The translations under genes and the position numbers were made by a program. 64,000 nucleotides of DNA from a virus: positions 13,668-77,667 of IMG/VR virus record IMGVR_UViG_3300035698_010295. One strand, 5' to 3'. How positions within the stretch are numbered: position 1 is the stretch's first letter; the number at the start of each line of letters is the position of its first letter. Below are positions 57,784-64,000 of the stretch, one piece after another. The notes below the pieces were generated by a model that had not been told where the DNA came from, ran no database searches, and worked only from the letters and a program-made list of their open reading frames with translations.

Positions 57784-58269
57784 TTAAGTAATCGTACTAG
57801 TAGTAGCAATTGTAGCACCACTGATATTACATTTACCTGTACAGCTAATAGTTCCTGCACTCAAATCATAAGATAGTTCTTCATACCTAAAGTCAGCCAA
57901 GGTGATAGTTTCCTCACCCGCACATATTGCGTCGCTGACAACAAGTTCAATATCACAAGCATATGGTTCACAGGTACCACCTGTGGTTGTATAACCAGTT
58001 ACACCTTTTAAAATATCAATTATTGAGTCTAAGTCAGTTGTCATAGTATCCGATGAAATCCAATCCCAAACAAAATCAAAACTAACATCAACTGGCTCTT
58101 CATCACCTAAACGAACAGTATCAATAACACCACGATCACGAATATATTCCACAGTTCTGTGTTCAGTAAAGGTAAAATTACCTGAACCAATTTTCACAAC
58201 AACTTCTTCTGGTGCAGCAGTACCGTCGCTTATAGTGATAACGGCATCTCTAAGACCACGTTGTCCCAT
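57784..58269 (-). CDS. major tail (tube) protein
   Basis: 161 aa, acidic T/G-rich, synteny. Confidence 0.65.
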   Translation of the reverse strand: MGQRGLRDAVITISDGTAAPEEVVVKIGSGNFTFTEHRTVEYIRDRGVIDTVRLGDEEPVDVSFDFVWDWISSDTMTTDLDSIIDILKGVTGYTTTGGTCEPYACDIELVVSDAICAGEETITLADFRYEELSYDLSAGTISCTGKCNISGATIATTSTIT

Positions 58270-58278
58270 TATTAACTC

Positions 58279-58746
58279 CTAAACTGTCATTTGAAAATGA
58301 CCTTCAACTGTTGCCTGTAACAAAGTCAAACCTGGTTCAATTTGACCCATATTACTTACTTTAATTTTACCTCGTAACTTATCATAAGGCTCTAATACAA
58401 AACAGCCTACCGTAGATTCATCATCCTCAGTATCTTCACCATACTTAAAGATTTCAAAATTTTGAAAAGCTAAAGAAGCTTTACCAATATTAATGTGATG
58501 TCTAGCAGGTGCTGTTAAATCCATGTGTGTTGCAACTAATAAATTAATTTCACTTTCAATGACATAACAATCTTTTGACACTTCTGAAATATCAGGGCCA
58601 TCAATACGGATTTCAATCCAATCATCTTTATCTTTTGTGTCTCTTTCAGTGCCTTCAACAAATACATCAATATCCGTTATGGAATCAGTAAAATGTTTGG
58701 CTGCTGATAAGAAAACCCATTTTGGCATATCTTCTTTAAGACTCAT
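58279..58746 (-). CDS. tail terminator-like protein
   Basis: Synteny; acidic, 155 aa. Confidence 0.55.
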   Translation of the reverse strand: MSLKEDMPKWVFLSAAKHFTDSITDIDVFVEGTERDTKDKDDWIEIRIDGPDISEVSKDCYVIESEINLLVATHMDLTAPARHHINIGKASLAFQNFEIFKYGEDTEDDESTVGCFVLEPYDKLRGKIKVSNMGQIEPGLTLLQATVEGHFQMTV

Positions 58747-59164
58747 TATTTTGACCCTCTATTTTAGAAGCGACCAAATATACGGCATTACTTTCTTCAA
58801 ACTCATTGAACTCTCGAACACGATAATCTGATCCATCAAATCTTATCCTAGTGTCCAAATCTATTCCAAAAGTACCGATATCCTTGTTATCTATAATCAT
58901 ATCTCTTTGTGTAATATCATAAAAGCCACCATAAGTAAAATTCTTATTAGCTGCCAAGAATGTAATATCATAGTTAAATTTGCGTGTTGCTCTACCGGGT
59001 AAAATAACCGCTCTTTTTATAGATTTTGTCGATGTTGTTCTACCAGAAACAGTGCCATCTGTCCAATCTACGGTTCCCTGTGTAGTTGTTTTATACAGTG
59101 TTATGGGTTGACCATATTGTCTTTTAAGGCTGCGTATTACTGATTTTACAAATCGATAAACCAT
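58736..59164 (-). CDS. head-closure/joining protein
   Basis: YGQPITL, synteny. Confidence 0.55.
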   Translation of the reverse strand: MVYRFVKSVIRSLKRQYGQPITLYKTTTQGTVDWTDGTVSGRTTSTKSIKRAVILPGRATRKFNYDITFLAANKNFTYGGFYDITQRDMIIDNKDIGTFGIDLDTRIRFDGSDYRVREFNEFEESNAVYLVASKIEGQNNES

Positions 59165-59167
59165 TAT

Positions 59168-59482
59168 TTACTCTCTTAAAATTACTTTAACGTCCTTATC
59201 TGTTAAAATTGAATCTCTTTCTAAGTGCTTTTCTATTGCTTTTTGCGTCACATCAATTTTTTGAATATTACGATCTATATTACGTTGTAATCGCCAAAAT
59301 TTGTCATTAGCTTCTAAAATATGTTCATTCGTAGTTTTATTGGAAGTTGTTATAAAATCTTCTAATTTCACAACTGTAGTTAATATTTTATCATTTTGTT
59401 GAGTATATAGAAAAGCTGCTGATGACAAAACAGCAGTCAATAAAACACCTAAAGTTATCTTTATATTACTGTTCCATGTCAT
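59168..59482 (-). CDS. membrane-anchored coiled-coil protein
   Basis: N-terminal TM segment. Confidence 0.55.
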   Translation of the reverse strand: MTWNSNIKITLGVLLTAVLSSAAFLYTQQNDKILTTVVKLEDFITTSNKTTNEHILEANDKFWRLQRNIDRNIQKIDVTQKAIEKHLERDSILTDKDVKVILRE

Positions 59483-59807
59483 GTTATCCTACCTTGTATT
59501 ACACAACTAAATGTCTCAAAGCTAAAACCTTTATATACAATTAAAGCTTTATTTTTTTCTAATACAATATTTAATTTTAGATTTAAATGTTTGGAAAGAT
59601 TTAAATTTTGATATGTGAGGATTTCTCTTTCAAAAGTACCATCATTTAAACCTGAACCAATAATAATATTACCGCTGGTAACATTAAAATTACATTTGTT
59701 ATAATGTACCTTTTATTTGGTAATTGTGTTAATAATACACGTTTTGTGTCGGATGCGAAAACATCACTGACTATAAAACTTTTAGATCCTGTAGAAGTGT
59801 AAATCAT
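59479..59807 (-). pseudogene. frameshifted paralog of 59818..60141
   Basis: MIYTSTGSKSFIV...NKRY in frame 0, ...LEKNKALIV...CVIQGRIT in the -1 frame. Confidence 0.65.
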
Positions 59808-59817
59808 GTTTAGACTC

Positions 59818-60141
59818 CTACTTAATATCACCTTGGATACAAAAAGTTATAACGTCATTAGCTGAGCCAGTTATTACAATAGATTTATTTGCACCTAATC
59901 TCATTTTTTTAACAAAATCAATGTTAAAAGGACCAGTACCAGTAGTAAAAGTCAAAAGTGATTTACTAGCTGTTGCACCCGTACCCTCACTTATTGTGAC
60001 AGTTTGAGCAGCAGAATCAATTGATATACTTTTGATCTCATATCTTTTACTAGCAATTTGATTCATAACAGCAATTGCAGGGGAACAATCCTCTGAGCTA
60101 TTTACAATAAAACTATTAGAGCCTGTATAGTTTAGATTCAT
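59818..60141 (-). CDS. putative virion protein
   Basis: 107 aa after the capsid terminator; AGGAG RBS. Confidence 0.55.
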   Translation of the reverse strand: MNLNYTGSNSFIVNSSEDCSPAIAVMNQIASKRYEIKSISIDSAAQTVTISEGTGATASKSLLTFTTGTGPFNIDFVKKMRLGANKSIVITGSANDVITFCIQGDIK

Positions 60142-60162
60142 TAGAATCTCCTAAAAATGTCA

Positions 60163-60184
60163 GCTAGGGGCCGAAGCCCCTAGC
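60163..60184 (-). terminator. terminator-like hairpin after the major capsid gene
   Basis: GCTAGGGGC-TTCG-GCCCCTAGC (cUUCGg loop), T5 run a few nt downstream. Confidence 0.75.
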
Positions 60185-60197
60185 ACAACAGGCCATA

Positions 60198-61622
60198 CTA
60201 ACCCAACAGCACAGCACCGAGATCGGAATCAAGCACCTTGACACCGCAAAGCAGATCCACAGTCACCAAGTGGCCCTGTTTATTGCCATCATAGGTGATA
60301 ACAACACGAATACCGACACCATCATAATTCGCAACAGCTGCACGAGCACCAGTGCCATCAATAGGCTTGGCTAGTGGTCGCGATACAAGGGACATACAAT
60401 TTCTATGGAAACCCCAAGAGTAGTTACCCGTGGGATAAAGTGATACCAGATAATTAGCAGCTAAAGCTGCATCCAAAGGACGATCTAAAAGAACCTCAGC
60501 ATAACCACTAGAGCTATTCTGAACATCAATGATCGTATACTTGGCATCATCAGCAGTTGGTAACGTAGTACTAGTAGCAAGAGACACTTGCTGGCCAACC
60601 TTAGGATAGTTGGTCGTACCAATACCTGAAATATTAATATAATCATACGTAGCAACAGCTTCAGTAGTTTGAACAGTGGCACTCTCAAACACGGTAACAA
60701 CTGCACCAGTTTCAGCAGCATCTCGCAATCCAGGTGTTATTGTACAAACATCTTCATTTGTTGATGTATCTGTAGCATCAACAATAGTGAGTACACGCTG
60801 AGGCGTCATATCACCAGCAACAAGAAGCATATCACCAGCAGAAACAGTTATAGTAGTACCTGCTAATGTAAGAGTTGTGGCACCAGCAGCATGTGCACCA
60901 TAAAGTGCAGTAGCAGTACCTGTGTCGGCATTAACAAACTCAGACATACTTTGGCACATAAACATATCAAAGCCAAGTTTACGCCCAAGGTGAGCTTCAC
61001 GGAGAGCCGTACCTTCGTCGCCAACCTTTTGTGCTTCTGTGAATGCCTCATCCTTTAGAACCGTACCTTCGGCAGCTGATCCAAAGATCAAATTGCGACC
61101 TTGCATAGGAACTTTATTGGCATTCATTTTGGATCGTAGGTCAATGATAGCTTCACGTGCATTTGAAGAGGACATCTCAGTACAGCCACCAGCATTATTG
61201 CCCATATACTGTACATGCTGACCAAGAACAATCTTATCTACAGTTTGTGCAATAGCTACAATAGCCGGATTCAAATACTCAACAACCAAACTCTTGAATG
61301 ATTTTGATTCTTCACCATCTCTAATTAAGAAGGATACGTGAATATGTTGATTCAAAGGCACTGCAATATTAGTGGATGAAGCATCCTGAACAGTAACTTC
61401 GTCAGTGGTAGTTTTACGTTTACCAGTAAAGGCTGTAGGTTGTCTAGTATTAACAACATCACCAAATTGAGCAATTTCATCCTCAAAATCACGGTGTACC
61501 AAACTAGAGACAACCATATTTTCAATAAGAATGGCTACACTTTCATTAGCCCATACCTCTGGAATCCAAGCATCTAAACTATTAGCATAAATCGGAACAA
61601 AGTAATTAATCGAACGTTTCAT
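60198..61622 (-). CDS. major capsid protein (P22 coat-like HK97 fold) with an inserted domain
   Basis: WIPEVWANE, GDVVN, LGRKLGFDMFMCQ, DLLCGVKVL; follows the scaffold gene. Confidence 0.85.
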   Translation of the reverse strand: MKRSINYFVPIYANSLDAWIPEVWANESVAILIENMVVSSLVHRDFEDEIAQFGDVVNTRQPTAFTGKRKTTTDEVTVQDASSTNIAVPLNQHIHVSFLIRDGEESKSFKSLVVEYLNPAIVAIAQTVDKIVLGQHVQYMGNNAGGCTEMSSSNAREAIIDLRSKMNANKVPMQGRNLIFGSAAEGTVLKDEAFTEAQKVGDEGTALREAHLGRKLGFDMFMCQSMSEFVNADTGTATALYGAHAAGATTLTLAGTTITVSAGDMLLVAGDMTPQRVLTIVDATDTSTNEDVCTITPGLRDAAETGAVVTVFESATVQTTEAVATYDYINISGIGTTNYPKVGQQVSLATSTTLPTADDAKYTIIDVQNSSSGYAEVLLDRPLDAALAANYLVSLYPTGNYSWGFHRNCMSLVSRPLAKPIDGTGARAAVANYDGVGIRVVITYDGNKQGHLVTVDLLCGVKVLDSDLGAVLLG

Positions 61623-61623
61623 T

Positions 61624-62427
61624 TTAAGCCTTTCCTAAACCCAAAGTTTTTCTCTGTTTCATGTAATTGTTGGTATCTTTAAGGTCACCAACCGCACCTG
61701 TACCTCGGGTTGTATTTTGAGCACCGAGTCCGCTCACCGCTGATCCTTTGAAAAGATTAGCGTATTTGGTCATAGTGGCCATACGTTTTACAGCTTCATT
61801 GGGATTTATGTCAAGTTCAATTTCTTTGTCAGCATCATCAACCCCAATGAACTTTGTTCTTGGCTCTAATTTTCCTGTTCGTTTGTTTTCTTCATCTAAA
61901 GAATCAACTAATCTAGTATTGTTTTTTAATAAAGCTACAATTTGCTCAGGTTGAAAAGCTTCATGTTCAACAGAAGCGTTAATGATTGAATTTTCAATAA
62001 CCATAGTGGTATAACGATCACGCCAAACAACTGTTTCTTCATTAGCTGTTGTTAGCTTTGCTTCATATACTTTTTGCTTTTTAGATGATTCTTCAGTAGA
62101 TAATTGTTCTTTTGTTTTGAATTCATTTTGCATATCTTGAATTTCTTGATTCAACCGATCAACTTCAGCACTTGATAGACTGCTATTATCACGGATGCCT
62201 TCAAGAGTCTTTATACGTTTGTCATAAGTCAATTTAAGCTTATTCTTTTCTTTTGCTAAAAAATCATTTACTTGCTTTTGAGTAAATTTTGTCTCATCAG
62301 CAGCAGCAGCAGCAGCAGCAGCTTCAGCTTCAGCAGCAGCAGCTTCAGCAGCAGCAGCAGCTTCAGCTTCAGCATCATCATAAACAGGAATAAACCAATT
62401 CTGGAAAATAAACATAATAAACCTCAC
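61624..62427 (-). CDS. capsid scaffolding protein
   Basis: Ala/Glu linker, FTQKQVN, coiled coil, directly upstream of the capsid gene. Confidence 0.8.
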   Translation of the reverse strand: MRFIMFIFQNWFIPVYDDAEAEAAAAAEAAAAEAEAAAAAAAADETKFTQKQVNDFLAKEKNKLKLTYDKRIKTLEGIRDNSSLSSAEVDRLNQEIQDMQNEFKTKEQLSTEESSKKQKVYEAKLTTANEETVVWRDRYTTMVIENSIINASVEHEAFQPEQIVALLKNNTRLVDSLDEENKRTGKLEPRTKFIGVDDADKEIELDINPNEAVKRMATMTKYANLFKGSAVSGLGAQNTTRGTGAVGDLKDTNNYMKQRKTLGLGKA

Positions 62428-62481
62428 CCTGCATTAAAATTGTATTATTGGGTAGCAGGTAAAATCCAATAACACACCCGC

Positions 62482-63255
62482 TTATGAAACGCGGTCAAAT
62501 CTTAGTACATTAGATTGCCTTAAATATGGCGTCAATAAGTCCCAAGCTTCTGAGCTTGGAATACCTGCCGAAAGATGCGGCAGTACATGTTGATTAAAGG
62601 CTTGTTTAACAGAGCCATAGGCTTGGGAAATAAACCTAGCTTCTTCACGAACATCGTCAACATTAAAACCATCTAAAATTTTAGCTGCACACAAGCAGCA
62701 AGCATCTTGGATAGCTTGTGGGTACGCTGTATCATCATCTCTTGGAAATTCTAGATCTTGATCTTCATCGGTTTTATCACCAGCAAAATTTAATCTATCA
62801 ATACTACTTGTAGACATATTTAAAGCTTGAGTTTTCTCAGTAGTTGTGTAATCTGTCCAATCGGAAATTCGATTAACGAAGTAATCAGCAGCCTCCTGTA
62901 AAGTTACATAGGCTGTAAGTGTTACTTCGTCCGGAGTAACTTCAATAGGTGCCCCAACTTGTCCATAAGTATCAATTAATACAGCTTGATCTTCCCAAAT
63001 CTTTGGGCTAGTTTGATCAATGATTGTTATAACGATTCTAGTTGCTGTTAATTCAGCAGCTGTCAACGTGAGAGAATAAATACCATTACCTTCATGAACA
63101 AAAGCATTTGTGGCTGTAGCAAAATCTCCTTCGTCTAAAGAGATTTTTATATCACCAGCAGCATGTGCTGCTGTTAATATGAAATCAGAGCCACCAAATT
63201 CAATGAATGGAAACAGCACTTTGGTGGCTGTTGCGTATTTTCTTAGTTCTGCCAT
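62482..63255 (-). CDS. virion protein with C-terminal head-tail adaptor/DnaT-like domain
   Basis: AYVTLQEAADYF, QDLEFPR, LLTPYL. Confidence 0.55.
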   Translation of the reverse strand: MAELRKYATATKVLFPFIEFGGSDFILTAAHAAGDIKISLDEGDFATATNAFVHEGNGIYSLTLTAAELTATRIVITIIDQTSPKIWEDQAVLIDTYGQVGAPIEVTPDEVTLTAYVTLQEAADYFVNRISDWTDYTTTEKTQALNMSTSSIDRLNFAGDKTDEDQDLEFPRDDDTAYPQAIQDACCLCAAKILDGFNVDDVREEARFISQAYGSVKQAFNQHVLPHLSAGIPSSEAWDLLTPYLRQSNVLRFDRVS

Positions 63256-63584
63256 TATGCTGTACCTCTATTAAATCCACGACCTGCTTGATTGCTTGCT
63301 ACTGAGAATGTTCCAGTAAATTCTGCACTAGCACCAAAGTCAACATCATCTTCAACTTGTGCTTCAGTTGGCACTACAAAAGTACCAGTAAACTCCGTAC
63401 CTGCTGCACCAAAGGTTACGTCTTTTTCAACATCTGTTATTGCAACGGGTGCATAAGTACCAGTCACACCATTGGTGGTATCAGTAGTTCTCACGTTAGC
63501 AGGTTCTGGATAGTCACCAGATGAAGTTGCAGTAAACATACCGTTTGTTACCATTGCTACTATGTCAGCTTTTTCTATTGCCAT
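63255..63584 (-). CDS. virion protein with short internal repeats
   Basis: VEKDVTFGAAGTEFTGTF / VEDDVDFGASAEFTGTF. Confidence 0.5.
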   Translation of the reverse strand: MAIEKADIVAMVTNGMFTATSSGDYPEPANVRTTDTTNGVTGTYAPVAITDVEKDVTFGAAGTEFTGTFVVPTEAQVEDDVDFGASAEFTGTFSVASNQAGRGFNRGTA

Positions 63585-64000
63585 TATACCACCGTTCTGT
63601 AAGGCGTAGCATCAGCAGGTGTTACTGTATACACAATTGAAGAGTCATCAAAGTCAAGATACTCATAATCACCTGGACTACCACCCTTATCACGAGCATC
63701 ACCGACAGCATTTGTCAGTATCATTTTAACAGCATTAGCGAATGTAGTTGTACCGCCAGCTGTGTAACCAGTTGATGCTTTTAAAGCTGTTACGATTTCT
63801 GTTACAGCATCTGAGTGCATAGCTGCAGCAGTTATGACGTTGGCACCTAAAGCAGTGACAGTTACAGTATCACAAGCAGCATTTAAGCTTGTTTTCTTTA
63901 ATGCACCAAAATCAATATTGTCTTCAGTAACCACGTTCGTACCAATTTGAGCAGTGCTAGTGCTAACAGCAGCACCTGCAATTTTCGTCATGTTAACAGC
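63584..64000 (-). CDS. virion protein (probably 5'-truncated by the window edge)
   Basis: Ala/Thr-rich frame open to the window end. Confidence 0.5.
   Translation of the reverse strand, partial: AVNMTKIAGAAVSTSTAQIGTNVVTEDNIDFGALKKTSLNAACDTVTVTALGANVITAAAMHSDAVTEIVTALKASTGYTAGGTTTFANAVKMILTNAVGDARDKGGSPGDYEYLDFDDSSIVYTVTPADATPYRTVV

Noticed and set aside
62297-62373. GCA/GCTTCA microsatellite as a functional DNA repeat
   Set aside because: It encodes the Ala/Glu linker of the scaffolding protein.
245-62472. Many short ORFs antisense to or nested within long genes in the ORF track
   Set aside because: They shadow motif-supported genes and lack recognisable motifs.
1-64000. Alternative genetic code (stop-codon reassignment)
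   Set aside because: Long genes are intact and tightly packed under the standard code, and no suppressor tRNA is seen.

Overview
AT-rich tailed-phage (siphovirus-like) genome segment; almost all genes are on the minus strand. 0.25-26.4 kb (-): nucleotide metabolism, replication and accessory genes, including a UvrD-like helicase, dCMP deaminase, sigma factor, DHH phosphoesterase, NYN protein, class II RNR, tRNA-Leu, Ro60/TROVE, VRR-NUC, PolA, two ParB-like proteins and an intein-containing SNF2 helicase. 26.9-31.4 kb (+): primase-helicase, Dam-like methylase and a DEDD-like exonuclease. 31.2-44.3 kb (-): putative lysis/membrane genes plus a cluster of glycosyltransferases, methyltransferases, a PIG-L deacetylase and a radical SAM enzyme. 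44.4-64 kb (-): tail, tape measure, capsid and scaffold genes. The standout is the non-coding RNA array upstream of Ro60 (14.5-15.9 kb). It holds six Y-RNA-type Ro-binding stems. Two of them replace the anticodon loop of otherwise canonical, open-ended tRNA bodies, which is a circularly permuted form of the known YrlA architecture. Other items read from the sequence: a -1 frameshift in the tail chaperone gene, a 76-bp direct repeat flanking a 2.1 kb cassette, a shared 14-bp intergenic motif, a gene with an ATA start, and two frameshifted paralogs. All calls come from motif reading and manual base-pairing; no searches were run.
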